The notes under the pieces were generated by a model, which did no database searches, had not been told where the DNA came from, and saw only the letters and a list, made by a program, of their open reading frames with translations. Shown one piece after another: positions 1-11,874 of a stretch of DNA of 23,672 nucleotides. Numbering within the stretch: position 1 is the stretch's first letter; each line of letters begins with the position of its first letter. The position numbers and the translations under genes were made by a program. The DNA comes from Catajapyx aquilonaris (Eukaryota), in assembly GCA_000934665.2 (NCBI GenBank), contig KZ538294.1, positions 62,001-85,672 of the forward strand, written 5' to 3'.

Positions 1-10
1 TTAAAAAAAA

Positions 11-830
11 TTGTTTCAGGAGTTTTCCGAAATCACTCCCGAGACTACCGCCGTTCCAAATGTCACTCACACCATAAGTCAGGTTTTAAATACGTGCCAC
101 ACACCGGGAAACGGTCCCGAGGGTAACGTAAGGTACAATTTCAACCATGTTGAAGCACTCACGGGTTTGATTAATATAGACTTATGCCGAGGGAACGACT
201 GTTCGACACGACATATCGTACCGACTCGGGGACCAAAAATCTATTTTGAACCATCTTGGGGCCACCCCAAATATTGATTAATTGGGCCTAGGAGGGGGAT
301 ACAACGACTGTTGAAGTCGATGTTGAGTTATATGAACCAGAATATAGTCAGTTGACTACCTAGAAAATTTGATGTGTATGGTCACACGACTCATGCAAAC
401 AGGGTGCTAACAATCATCGGGAGTCCCACTGCTAGTTGCTGCTAAGTTAGCAGTACTAAGCAGCAGTGGGACAAAAATTCCACCCAATAGTGGTCGAATG
501 AGCCTGAGCAGATGGGGTGGTCAGTCAGGTAGGGAGAAATTAGACGCCATTTCGCATGTGTGTCGACCATCAAAGCAGGCTCCAAGGGAGCCAAATCCAT
601 CAATCATCTAGCCACTCGCTGACGACAGGAATCAATTAATAATCAGACGTCCGACGTAAGCGATGACATCCCCTAGTAGAAATTTGCAGCAGTACAGAAC
701 ATGCGTGGACGCTGATTAATAATATGTGAATTCCAATAGTGAACGTGGAGTCGTCAGCGGCAGGTACGAAAATCCTAATCATCAATCCCAATCCCGATCG
801 GTTTTATCAAGTTGGCCGATCACTTGGGAC
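11..830 (-). mobile_element. Degenerate gag-like ORF1 of a DIRS/Ngaro-type retrotransposon (boundaries approximate)
   Basis: Minus frame 325->233 reads QHRLQQSLYP...PRWFKIDFW with one stop, resembling the YDxxFRxxxA...WxxIDxxLW motif of DIRS/Ngaro ORF1. A frameshifted Cys-rich remnant (FN...C...VCG) follows at about 170->95. No intact ORF. Confidence 0.4.
423..472. repeat. 50-nt imperfect inverted repeat (hairpin)
   Basis: GTCCCACTGCT (423-433) is the exact reverse complement of AGCAGTGGGAC (462-472). Inner CTGCTAA (439-445) pairs with TTAGCAG (447-453). Confidence 0.85.
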
Positions 831-1444
831 AAAATAATGATTTCGCCCCCCCTCTACCATCACCACCTACCCCCCCCCCCCTTCTACAATCCGGAGTCTG
901 CCGCCGTGCAAGGGGACGTACGGCAATCTAAATTACAGTGTGGTGCTAAGGCTTCTTTAGCATAATGGGTAAATATAGGGTTGATACCCAGGAGGAGCCC
1001 AGCCGAAGCTGGACTTTGCGTGCTTTGGGTGATCGACTTGGTGTGTGAACCCCGTTGGGTATATGCATCGTTACTATTTTTTCGCTCTAGGCACATAAAC
1101 GGTCGATATTGCTAATTTGGTGCGGGATATTTTGTTGAAAATGGGGATAGGTAGGAGGGGCATTTTTATAAAAATGTGGGGTTGATGTAGTTTGCGTTAT
1201 ACAGTCAGGTTAGCGTATGTGGAGTGTCTACACAGGTGACGTGTAGCGTGCATGCCGGTATGGCTTTTGTTGGCGGGTTTTCATTCGGTGGCGATTATAA
1301 ATTATTAGAACACTAATGTTCCGACTTGAGAGACGGAAGAATGTCTCATTATTTTGATGTCCCGTGTCTTGGGAACGGGATATTTTATGGGACGTATATG
1401 TATTTTAAAAAATCACTGGTATAACTTATGGCTATTCAGGTGAA

Positions 1445-2400
1445 CGGTATCATATACCAAACCGCCCGATGCACATTCGCCCGCCGCCAACTCGCCCGCC
1501 GCCAACTCGCCCGACGACAACTCGCCCGACGACAACTCGCCCGACGACAACTCGCCCGACGACAACTCGCCCGACGACAACTTGCCCGACGTAGGCTATA
1601 TACATATTCACCCGATGCAAACGTTGATCTCGATAGGTTCAGCCAAATGTTATCGCACTGGCCATTTTTCCATCAGATATATACATAAGTGGCCACGACA
1701 TTTGGTCGACATCAGTCATATAATAAAATTCTTCCAAATATACAAATTGCATCGCTCTATTTCTGTTTTAATAATTAGGCCGTAATTGTTGGGGGCATGT
1801 GAGCATTGTATGCAGGTACGTGGTTCAATCAATTGTTGGGATAATTTTCGTTATTTTAAAGCCTATTATAGGCTACTTAAGTAAAATAGTGTACTCCGTA
1901 GCTCACTCGAATGTGACACGAGGCGTGTGAGTGCACTGCGCGCGTGCATTAAATGGTAGGCTACTCGGATCATTAAATTATTGATTGATTGATTTAATTA
2001 CTTTTTAAATTCAGTTAATCATTCAGTGTATTACGCTTAAGGTCAGGGAAGATCAACTGCTAGTGAAGAAAAGTGTCACATTTTCAGGATATCCATGCGC
2101 TTGATTTTGTTGAGGATATTCGGTATAAAAGATGCATGATCGTGCCAACTAAGTGAAAGCAAAAAAAATGTATTAATTTTACATATTAAAAATTAATTTT
2201 AATAAACAATGTGCAATTATTACAATGGTCGTCTTCTACCATAAGTGGCGCAGTTAAGGTATTATAATTATTTTAACTCCAGCAGCAATGCATTTTGTGG
2301 ATAGAACAGAGCCATTGTTATAGAGGTATATGGAATATGCTCATTGGTAGGCCTATACAACGGATGAAGATTGCCCTATGGAGGTGTAAAACACGTAGCA
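1445..2400 (+). mobile_element. Degenerate Mutator-like (MULE) DNA transposon: left end with 15-bp subterminal array, then transposase remnants
   Basis: Plus-strand motifs in the expected order: PFFHQIYT 1662-1685 (cf. PxxFxQLYTI), FRYFKAYYR 1846-1872 (cf. CxFHxxQAxxR), HALDFV 2094-2111 (cf. ALAFVP), SNAFCG*NRA 2284-2313 (cf. TNNxxEGWN). No matching right end found. Confidence 0.5.
1458..1591. repeat. 15-bp tandem repeat, about 9 copies, consensus CAACTCGCCCGACGA
   Basis: Five identical units at 1503-1577 with variant units on both sides and no spacers. It produces the ARRQL repeat in ORF 1428..1688. Confidence 0.97.
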
Positions 2401-2699
2401 AAAATACATGTAGTTGCCTGAAATGCAGAACTATCAGAGTCACAATCGAATGATTTCGAAATATGAGGGTCTGAAAACTGCCTCAGTTCTAGGTATTAAT
2501 TATTTATTTTCTATATTTCTCTGTGGGACTGTGTGATTTAGGAGAAAACTGTCTTCATCAATCGCACGTACACAATGCCTAACTCAATTTTGATCCAAAT
2601 GTCCTCATTGTGATCTGATCATAGCCATCCAAATTCATGAATTGGTCCAATTTTCTTTTAGCAACCTATATAATATAAATGATAAATAACCTTGAATGT

Positions 2700-4050
2700 G
2701 TCTAACAGTGACCCAAATACGGCCAAAAATTTGTTGAAACAGATTTTCAGTGAAAAGGCCGAAAATGAAGACAATGTACCGTTGAAACGTTGTAAAGACA
2801 TGTTAGCCGCTTTTTTGACTGGATGGGGTCGTTGTGAACCTAATTAGGAGTCAAGCGCGGCGCTATTCTTTCTCCTCAGGTAAAAGGTCCCGTGTAAACA
2901 AGCGGTCTCTCAATGGGGGAACAGTAAAAATGTCACCTTCCGTTGTTAGCGGACAGGTTTGTCGGAATGGGATTTTACATCCAGGCTGTCAACGGGGAAC
3001 AGGTTTAGATCCCAATCGGCTTAGTTGGGGTCGAGAAAGGTCGCAAACTGTGATTTGTTTACCTGTGGCCCAGGCGGCTGAGGTGCTGAAAAGAACCTGT
3101 TCTTCAACCCACCAGGGGAAGGAAGGAAGGCAGGTAGGCTTACAATTCGATCAGGGCCATCCAGACACTCCAAAAGTGACAACTCATTGTTCCATATCTG
3201 GGATGGTAGGGCCCACCAGCACTTGCTCTCACACCTTGCTTACCTTGCTGACATCCCAGATCGACAGATTGCTTCAGGCTTGAATTGATTCTTTCTTATC
3301 TGATATTTTCAGTTTCAAATACCGCGTCTAGGATATGTCAGGTGGCAGCACAGTGACACGCCAACAAGTCAGAACAGGAATGACAGTTATAAGCCATGTC
3401 AGATTTATTGTTCAATTTGGAATGGACATATTGACTAGTTATGCGAATATTTGAGGATTTTAGCATAGTTTTCCTGAGGCAGATTGATGACGGTTTTGCA
3501 GCGGTCAGTAGATAGATGCTTTCCCTTTTGGCCCCCACGTACTTAACGAGTTTGAAGACATGCAGGCACGTCGAGCGTCCTGTGCACTTATTGCCAACGT
3601 GTCATCAACATCTTCCATGTTTCCTTGGCAAAGCGCAGCTTTCACGGAACGTGACAGTGAAGATTTCCAGCCAGAGATTTTTCCCAGGCTCTTGCGCCGA
3701 GGGTAATGGATGCTCTTGCAGGCCATTTTTCTAAACGGTAATTAAAAGTCGCCGACTTTTGAGAAAAATGTTCTCCTCCCGCCTTCACGTCATCAGCAGT
3801 GGGAGAAAGCCCTAATTGAAAAACTAGAACTAATATCCCATCCCTACTGCCACGTTTCCTGGAAGCGAGTTTATCATATTCAATGGTCCACCCTCTTGTC
3901 GACTTCTCTGGAAATCATTACCCCGAGCTATATTTTGCACGACTTTTTTTTGCTACTTTCGGTGCAATGTGACAAGCGCATCCGACATGGTTTTGAACCC
4001 AGTCCTTGAGACTCAATGCACAATAGCCACATACATCCAGCATAAAAAAA
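2700..4050 (-). mobile_element. Degenerate DIRS1-like reverse transcriptase-RNase H, with the start of the downstream methyltransferase-like region
   Basis: Ordered minus-strand motifs: KDWV...DA..HIAP about 4010-3960; GRSTCLHVFKLVK 3580-3542 (cf. GLSTAPRVFTK); SIYL-L 3520-3506 (YLDD with DD lost); ILDAVFET 3334-3311 (cf. FLGxxxDT); PWW ending 3109; FLDPN*ADWDLNL 3038-3000 (cf. FTDASxxGWGAHL); LPEEK...A*LLIR 2883-2839 (cf. IPGxxNxxADxLSR); LFQQIFGRIW 2742-2713. Many stops and frameshifts. Confidence 0.75.
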
Positions 4051-4203
4051 TGTCATTTCCTCTGCAAGTGAAGATATATCATAATAAATGTGTAAATAAT
4101 ATCAAATTTAGCTTAAAACATATAATAAAAATCATACCCGATATTTTGATGGCATTTTGACGTTATGAATTTAAATCACATTTTTATATAACAAATGCCA
4201 AGG

Positions 4204-4243
4204 GGTGTACACCTGCAGTGGTACTCCTTGAATTTGGTACTCC
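4204..4243. repeat. Possible orphan DNA-transposon terminus with 16-bp-period subterminal repeat
   Basis: Palindromic GGTGTACACC (4204-4213) followed by TGGTACTCC at 4219 and 4235. No partner end seen. Confidence 0.3.
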
Positions 4244-4664
4244 AGTGTACATTTTACAGTCGAGTGGTTAACCCCTTGACAATAATGCCCTTTTTTATCT
4301 CATCTACAGAAAATAAAATAACACACGAATTTTTCTTTCTGTATATCACAAAAAAACGCAATTAAAAATTGAGATAAACATCGAGTCTAATTAATAAATA
4401 CAAATCAATATCAAATCAGATGTTCAAACCTTGATAGCATCACATATAAAGTCAAATAATTACTGTAGGGTGTTAGAGGCAAAACTGATGCTTGTGTGTG
4501 AGGAATCGTACCAAGAATAACAATGATGCAGGGTGGCTCGATGTCAATATCAATTGCAATTGAATAAAAAAAATGAAGTGCAATGCAGTAGAAGAAATTC
4601 AGTCTGGAGTGATAAAAGGCGTCTGAATAAGGCTTTTATGGCCCTGGAAGCCAGTGTATGTGAA

Positions 4665-4975
4665 TGATAAGAGTAGGGTGGGGAGGGTAGTGGGAGTGGG
4701 GAGGTGAGCCCCCCCTCACTCCACAACCCCCCCTGGGCTGGCGCCAGCTGGGCGCGGGAGGCAGACCTTCTTCCCTGCGGCCATTCCCTCCGCTCTCTGG
4801 CCCTCACTATTCTGCCCATGCCCAATATTCCCGACTCCCAGCGTGACTGGCTTTTTCTCATTCTTTTTTCTTATACCTTCAGAGCTTTTCTTCCATTTCC
4901 ATTACGTTGGCATTACTCGTATAGGCGCCAGCAGGTTCTTTCCACCTACTACCCACCCCCCCTGACTCTTGATCA
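4665..4975. repeat. GC-rich island bounded by imperfect inverted repeats, with a G-quadruplex consensus at its left end
   Basis: 4671-4691 matches the reverse complement of 4948-4968 at 17/21 positions. Five G-tracts lie at 4676-4701 (GGGTGGGGAGGGTAGTGGGAGTGGGG). Palindrome GCTGGCGCCAGC at 4737-4748. Confidence 0.5.
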
Positions 4976-5829
4976 CGTCAATACGGTTTCTGACAACATG
5001 GCGGTTCAGATTTTTTTTTATATCATATGGCTTTGTTCTTTTACCTTGTGACTGTCCATGATTGTGTCCCTTGCTGTGTTCCCAGCGTTGTGAATAAAAA
5101 AGATTGCTTCCCAGAGTTTGGGACTGAAAACTTGGCCCATTCGAATGGAGTACACAATGGGGCAGTTGGGACCTTCCCAGTAGTGGCCTTTTCGATATGA
5201 CTCCTACGGAAGTGAGGCTGAATTGATAACAATTTCTATTCTTGCAGAAAAATATAATGGTGGCGTAATTTCATGGTGAGGGCTTGCATTTAATATAATA
5301 ATTGGCCCCTCTCAATTGCTGGAGGTTAGGTAAAAGCAGGCATTGTGTGTTTTGCATGCTGTGAAGTTTGTACATTTCGGGATTGGACTTGCTAACGTAT
5401 TGTTACGCGTGGGTGATTAGGACCAGCAATATGTAATCTACTAAAATCAGCTGCATGTTATTTCTCTGACTGTGAGTGATTATTTATACAAAGTGTCTCG
5501 TACATATGATTTTTTTAATGTTGAGAGATGCCACATTTATTGTTATTTTGTTTTGGAGTAAATGCTCAACTATGCTGAGAATAAGAGCCGAAGTCCAGCA
5601 TCATCAAAAAATGGCGCGGGTGCGGGCTAATTATTTTTGTCATAACTTTCTTTACTAAATAGGCCTACCGGGCTGAAATAAATAATAATACTACTAAATA
5701 GGCCTATCCCACACACTCGATATACCAAATAAGTAGCCTATATTTCAATAATAAATGGTAGTTATAATGTCAGTTAAAAATAAATTTATTTTCTATAGAT
5801 TTAGGTCCTTGTTCTTCGGGGTCATTCAG

Positions 5830-5980
5830 TTTATGCATATCAAACTGTCAGTGCGTCACAAATGCGACAGATGTCATTACAAAGTGCACAGCGACAAAAA
5901 GGCAACTACACGTTCGAGTAACTCCGCATACGGTACTGAATTTATTCGAAATGAAATTTGATTGATCAACATGTACCTTT
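5830..5980 (-). mobile_element. Possible FLYWCH zinc-finger remnant of a second MULE transposase
   Basis: Minus strand reads MLINQISFRINS then, frameshifted, RSYSNV*LPFCRCAL. This loosely resembles YWxC...CxAxL (TCG is one base from TGG). Weak. Confidence 0.2.
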
Positions 5981-8002
5981 TCTATAGTTACTGTACATCC
6001 CGTCAATATCCGATACCGGTATGCGTTATTTTACAGTACCGGTATACAAGTTGCACTTCTGGCTTTTGACTAGCCGATTACACTGTATGTAGAGGGCAAA
6101 CGCAGCCTTGTGTAAAATATCGAGAACTCGGATAAAAATTGGTCGTTGCATGCTCTCCTTCTCTCTTCGAGAAATTGACTAGCTGGAACAATCGAACTAC
6201 ATACCAGAGTGTGATTCTGAGCAAATGGTTGGATGGAGTGTATGTGGTCGTTGGAGTATGTCGAACTAAATGATAGTATTTTTGTTCTTCGAATGTGTTA
6301 GAAAAATTATTGGATGTCGTTACTTATAGTTACACGATCAAAGCGAACGAGCCATTTTCTAGCTGATATTATTATCACAATAACCTGGCAAGTAAATAAT
6401 GTGAGTTCACAACACAAGACTTGTTAGTGTAATGCATTATCATAAGCTTAAATGTGTTCCGAAAGGTGCACACTTCCGCTAACATTTAATGTAGTTTCCT
6501 TTGATAAGACAATAAAAATAGCAACAGTTGATTTGGCGACATCAGTTTTATTACAGAGATTACACGGTAAATTTAGTTTTAGCATACACATCCGATTTCA
6601 CCTTCTAATAACCCCTTCGGTATAATATGGATCACTTAATGCGCAGAATATTTTCCGTGACAGACTTGGATAGCGTAACAAAAGTTTACATATGACAATT
6701 ATCTCCGTAGTAAACCCTAAATATTCAGACTCAAGTATAATTATTTTATCTTGGAATATCGTAAGGAGCCTAAGTCGAGAAAGAAGTGCGCATCGTTAAG
6801 GGGGAACATCCTGCGTATTTCCTATGTGTCAAGGCCTATGTGTCAAGATTCACGAATCAGGTGTATGCATACATGCATTGTATGTGTTTGTGGATATTCC
6901 ATGCACCCAATGTATACTGTAAAGAGGGCAAAATGTAACAAAAAATGATATATTTCATTATTATTTCAAAGTAAACTACATTAGTAGCCATTGTGTACAA
7001 ACGGAAAAGTAACCGTTTATTAGTATGTCATTAATATTTTGTAATTTTGTGCCGAAATATGTCCATTCCATGATGTGCTGCTTTGAAAACAATAGTTTTA
7101 GAGAATTAAGATCCCCGTTTATGTTAATGGACGCTGATTGTGAGAGGAAGCAACCGGGAGAAACGAGAGAGACAGAATCTATCAAAACTCACGTCCTATA
7201 TAGCATACCAAGAAATAGAATTTGGGACCTCAGATGCTGTAAAATGGTTTCACTTTCTTATAAATAGAAGTAACACTTCATTTCTCTGCACTCTGTTCAC
7301 ACAGCCATGTGACCCCTATACCCTTCCCCAAATTATGTAACCCAGACCTATCACCTCCTCTGATTACCCTTAGCGAAAACAAAACTTGGTGTCATTTCCA
7401 ACCAACTCGTCCTATTCAACTATTGACGTAAAACATGTAACACATTTGGAAAATTCGATTGCCATAAATTTTTAATGAAGCTAGGTTACGTCATGTTGGA
7501 ACAAAACGCTGTATATGTTATAAGGTACCTAAGTGCTTCATCCATAATACCCTCAATGTTGCAACTGCGCCTTAGAATGTGGAAATTCTCATCCATTTAA
7601 TTCAGAATAAACTTGTAAATTATTACCGTAATACGCTAATTTATGGCTATGAATATTGTTCCCATGACAGTTCCAGATCGTATAGGCCTTTACATCGGTC
7701 TAAGCTCTAAGGGGTGTGATCACAGTAAAGACAAATAGAGACAACAATCTGCGTATACAAAATCCATTAATGACATGATCAAATGTAGTGGCTTTATTAC
7801 AAATGAATAATTAAATCATTAATAGCAGACGTTTTTTTAAACAATTAATATACCACGAATATTATAATCATTTGCTTATATCATTAGAGGGAAAGGTTTC
7901 AACTCCGAAACCCTGGAGTAATCCTACAGTGAAATTATATACAAGATAGTTATATGTAGAAAAAGGTTTATTCCTTATAAGGTGGCCTGATTACACTCAG
8001 GT

Positions 8003-8066
8003 ATTCTGTAGGTGACTGTATATAAGGTACCGTATACGGTACCTTATATACAGTCACCTACAGAAT
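8003..8066. repeat. Perfect 64-bp palindrome with no spacer
   Basis: 8003-8034 ATTCTGTAGGTGACTGTATATAAGGTACCGTA is the exact reverse complement of 8035-8066. Confidence 0.98.
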
Positions 8067-9099
8067 GTGAGTAGGGTTTCAGATTTAGCATAAATATGAA
8101 ATAAAATACCATGAATATGAGAACTGTTGATATTGTAGCTTTTGAACGTTATTTTTGATAAACAACAGATTTGCGCTGTCACTAGTATAGTGATTGTTGT
8201 GATTCCGTTAATAGAAACATTACGAATTCATTCAAAGTACCCCAAATTTTGCGCTTGTTATATTCGCCAATTGTAATAATTTTATTTTGAAGCAACTATA
8301 TTTCATCTTATTTATTTGCCATCCAAATTATTTTATCTAAATTAATGAGGTGGATAGAGCGATGCACAGTTCCAACACCTGAATTACGATCATGACCAGA
8401 AGCTTCTATCCAGCAGTGGGTGTCTTTTGATAGGCCTATAAATAAGTACAGGGTGATTCCAAGGTGTGCAACAACAAGGTTTTTTAATGTGTGTGGGGGA
8501 AAGGTGAGGCTCAAATAATAATCACGAGGCTAATTTTCAAGGGAGGACCATGCGTAAACGCAATTTGTTTCTGGCGTAGTCCAAAGTATGGTAATAATCG
8601 GTCATAATGCTGGAGTTCTCTGAAGTCCAAGAATTTTAGAGCTTGTTTCAAATCATCCCCCTTTCGCTCAACGTCCCCCGCCCCCTTAAATTTTCTGGAA
8701 ACTGAAGGTTTCTTGTTGAGGGGTTAGCTCTAGGGGAAATGTGAAAAATCATATAATTTTGCTATATTGAAACTATGATACCTGCATAAATAGCTAGTAT
8801 AAATACACTGTTTCTGACCATTGTTCAGTGATATGATTTGCAGTTTTGATTATTATATGCATGCGATTTTTCTTATATAGTTTTGTATTTTCAGTTTGCC
8901 ATGACTTTTGCGACCTTTCGTGAGTTGTTTTCAATATGGGCGTCTCTCATGTTTCGTCACTGAAATGTCATCTGCGTGTATGTGTAGAAAGCAAGTTTCA
9001 CATGAATCGTAACTGTTGAGACTCATTGAATACACTTCAAGTATTTTAAGAGGACGGTATGTTACACCATGTTGATGATATGTCAAAAAAATCTTGGCT

Positions 9100-9619
9100 G
9101 ATGGCTGACAGCAATCTCGTCCGCTGATGAGCAGTGACAGCTTCTGATTTAATAGATGAAACAGATGAAGGGTTGCCGCTCACCAGGATACTCACGACAC
9201 ATTGACCAGAACGAGGTCATGGCACTGTACCCTATTAATACGGCACATACTTATATGATAGCCAACTGCACACTAAGAGCGACAGCTGTTAACTGGAGCC
9301 ATGATATAGCATGCTATGTCTTTTAATGTTCATTTAGAACACCAACTTTTTACAGACAGTCAAATAAGATGGGATCCACTTTTCGTTTAAAATTGAGGGA
9401 ACGACAAGTATGATAATCCCCCCCCCNCCCCCCTCCTCAATCTTTGTGAAAATCAATTGTAGCCGTTCCTCCCCTGACTCCGACAGGAGAAAATTGCGAA
9501 AGCATGTTGCAACCAAAAAGCACATCCACTTTGTGTTTGCTTGCTTTCGTTGTGTGCTCTCTTGCCTTGAATATTTCATCACTAATCGCAATGACGGAAG
9601 CGATGTACCGCTCTGCCAT
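9100..9619 (-). mobile_element. Degenerate, internally deleted Crypton-like (DUF3504-type) tyrosine recombinase gene
   Basis: From the ATG at 9619: MAERY...ISDEIFK then, frameshifted, QANTKW...FRNFL (cf. MAxRF..EEI...NTxxxTKWxxxxFxxFL). C-terminal VSGNPSSVSSIKS at 9183-9145 (cf. IMxVSGHxSxxSLxxY; AAC is one base from CAC). Confidence 0.45.
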
Positions 9620-10308
9620 TTTTCTTCATCCTATGGGAGACCCCATTACTTTTCTCTCCCTCTCCCCCCCCTTCCCCTCTTAGACCTTCTCTTATGTTCC
9701 GTTTGCCAACAGCCGCTCGAAGAGGCTCATTTGCAACTGTCAAAAGTGCTAGGAGGAGTGTACAGAATGGATGGTAGAAGAGTGAGAAATAAATTCATAA
9801 CTCAAAGTTTGCTTCTTCTTACGTCAGCTAGGTTGATTCTGATGATGAAGGTGGCTTGACGAAGCAGTTTGCCTGCACACACGTTCTGTACTTCATATTA
9901 GATAGGCCATTATAGTGACGTGGGTGGCACGCGGTATCTTTACGCGCGGCATCTTTTCAGCACCGCAAATTGTTGCTTGGTTGTTCAAGTGCGAAGGGTT
10001 GAGATACTTGCTGTGGTTTCGTTCCACTGTCGTTTGTAACGTTTTTGATGCCGAATTTCTGTTTCAAATTGCATGCACAATAGAACGGGGTTCAGAAATG
10101 GTTGGGCATATAGCATTGTACCCTGCTGTGAAGGTACGAGTAGCAGCATTACGTAGGATGTAGCCGTCTAGTGATTTATTATCTTGTCATACCCTAATCT
10201 CGTGATTGAGTAATTTTTGTGTTTGCAAAAATTATGACTGGGTTTTCAAGAATTGTTATTATTTATAAATCCAGCATTTTGGATGCAGAAATAATTGCTT
10301 GTCGCATA

Positions 10309-10843
10309 CAATGAAATCCCGATAACTCGAACCACCATGGGGCAGAGAGAAAAATTCGTCTTATCGAATATGATGGGGGGGGGGGGGGGTACATATAACA
10401 CCTACAGTATGCGTCTCGCTACTACTATGGAACACGATTGCAAGTGACCGCTATAAAGACGACTGTAGACTAGGGCCTCTGACTGCTCTGAGACAAAAGG
10501 CATGTCACCACCGCAAAGGAATGCATGAGTCACTACCTACAGGAAAGGGAGCTTAAAACACGTGGCTTTCAGAGGGTTTCGCAGCATTATCGAGAATTAA
10601 TCAGCTGGGGTGGACATCTCCAAGAATTAATCATACCACATGTTTGCCCGTTGTGACAAAATTCGACTTATTAATAGTGAAAGTGCTCCGGAGTTCACAG
10701 AATATATTCGACTTATCGAGAAAATCGAGTTATACAAATTCGAGTTATCGGAATTCAATTTGCATTATGGAGAATCCGCCAAGTCCAAGATTTTCTTCGA
10801 CTTATTTCTAGTTATTGGTATTCGAGTTATCTGGATTTAACTG
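10309..10843. mobile_element. 535-bp pogo/Tigger-like (Tc1/mariner superfamily) MITE
   Basis: 23-bp TIRs at 10309-10331 and 10821-10843 match at 20/23. TA TSD at 10307-10308 and 10844-10845. Repeated internal TCGA(C/G)TTAT motifs. Confidence 0.9.
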
Positions 10844-11083
10844 TAGTTTCTATCCATCTCGGTGGAAATTTCGCGGACCCTCGTCCCTGTTTACTGAACC
10901 ATCATGTGCATTTCTCGCCCGGTTGAGAAATAGGACATGGAAGGAACGTCAAAGTGTAAACTAGTTTAGCAAGAAGATTGAGTAGGCCTAATTATTTTTA
11001 GACTATTCAAAATATGCTGCTTCTGACAGTTCAAGTTGTCGAAAAAATGAGAACATTAATAACAAATATTTTTCCTTTACATA

Positions 11084-11292
11084 CTGGGTGTTTCAATTTT
11101 TTTGTTCGAACAGTTATCGGAAATATTGCACTAAGCTGCTACTTTTAAGCAGTGTATGCCACTTCAATCTAAGATTCGCAGGGAATATTCCCCATTCCTC
11201 CGACAAACCGGTTGCAAGTCACTGCTTACAAAGTAGCGCAGCTTATAGTGCAATATTTCCGATAACTGTTCGGAAAAAGTTGAAACACCCTG
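11084..11292. mobile_element. 209-bp Tc1/mariner-like MITE
   Basis: Ends C(T/A)GGGTGTTTCAA and TTGAAACACCCTG, with imperfect inverted arms of about 70 bp. TA TSD at 11082-11083 and 11293-11294. Confidence 0.92.
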
Positions 11293-11874
11293 TATTACCC
11301 CAATATTGCAAAATTTGCCCATTGTAAAATTCTGGACATTTCGAAACCCATGACGGATTAGGCCGATCTGAATATTCTCCTAAATTCACCATGTTTAAAT
11401 GTACGGTACTTCTAATCGGTTGGTTGGGGATGCAGCTAAATAGCAACACTGAACAGCTAGGCCAAGTGCTTCAATCCTTTGTGTTGGGTATGAAAAAGTA
11501 ATGAAAGAATGATGAAGCAAAAAAAGTTGAAAGGTCGTGTTTTTTTCTCTTCCCTTCTCAACTCTCTAATCGGATTAGAAGTTTTGGCTGGTGATTTTTT
11601 GAGGTGTTTGTCAATGTCGAGCGCTCTTAATAGGGTAGAGGATAAATTGCTTCCTGACCTGAAGAAACACTTTTCAACAAGTTTGGGGATTTACTTCTGT
11701 ATTTAAGCTAGCAGGTAAAAATAATATCAAGGGTCGTTTGCGTGATTAATAGTAAACCTCAGTCATTGTTATTAATTATTTCTAAAATTGTTACCAACAA
11801 ATGTAGGCCTATCCTTTCACATTTTCTTTCTTTCTACATTTTTGAGAATATTACGCGTACTTGTCAGTCATGTA

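Noticed and set aside
833..1165. C-rich and G-rich ends as an inverted terminal repeat of the ORF1 relic
   Set aside because: The position is plausible, but the match is short, gapped and low-complexity.
1428..1688. ORF with (ARRQL)n repeats as a real protein, or the repeat as a CRISPR array
   Set aside because: The peptide is just the translation of a 15-bp tandem repeat. The units are contiguous with no spacers, and no cas-like gene is present.
2834..3283. 149-aa plus-strand ORF
   Set aside because: Antisense shadow of the DIRS RNase H relic; the conserved motifs are on the minus strand.
6821..6847. Direct repeat CCTATGTGTCAAG x2
   Set aside because: Ordinary local tandem duplication with a 14-bp period.
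8447..8460. TA-CAGGGTGATTCC mariner-like terminus
   Set aside because: No partner TIR found, so no element can be delimited.
9124..9165. Hammerhead ribozyme cores (CTGATGA...GAAA) here, near 23067, near 23650 and on minus near 20790
   Set aside because: None has a proper stem II closing onto GAAA with stems I and III. The 23650 case is also cut off by the window edge.
9418..9433. Poly-C tracts containing N (also about 15646-15659) and the G run at about 10375-10389
   Set aside because: Homopolymers with assembly ambiguity; reading frames across them are unreliable.
9684..9772. Possible plus-strand exon encoding RING-like LCSVCQQPL after a pyrimidine tract
   Set aside because: Only one CxxC is in frame, the other RING ligands are absent, and the donor site is weak.
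9900..10170. Minus-strand LRNAATRTFTAG as a non-LTR RT C-terminal remnant
   Set aside because: Single loose motif with no supporting neighbours; not counted in the strand tally.
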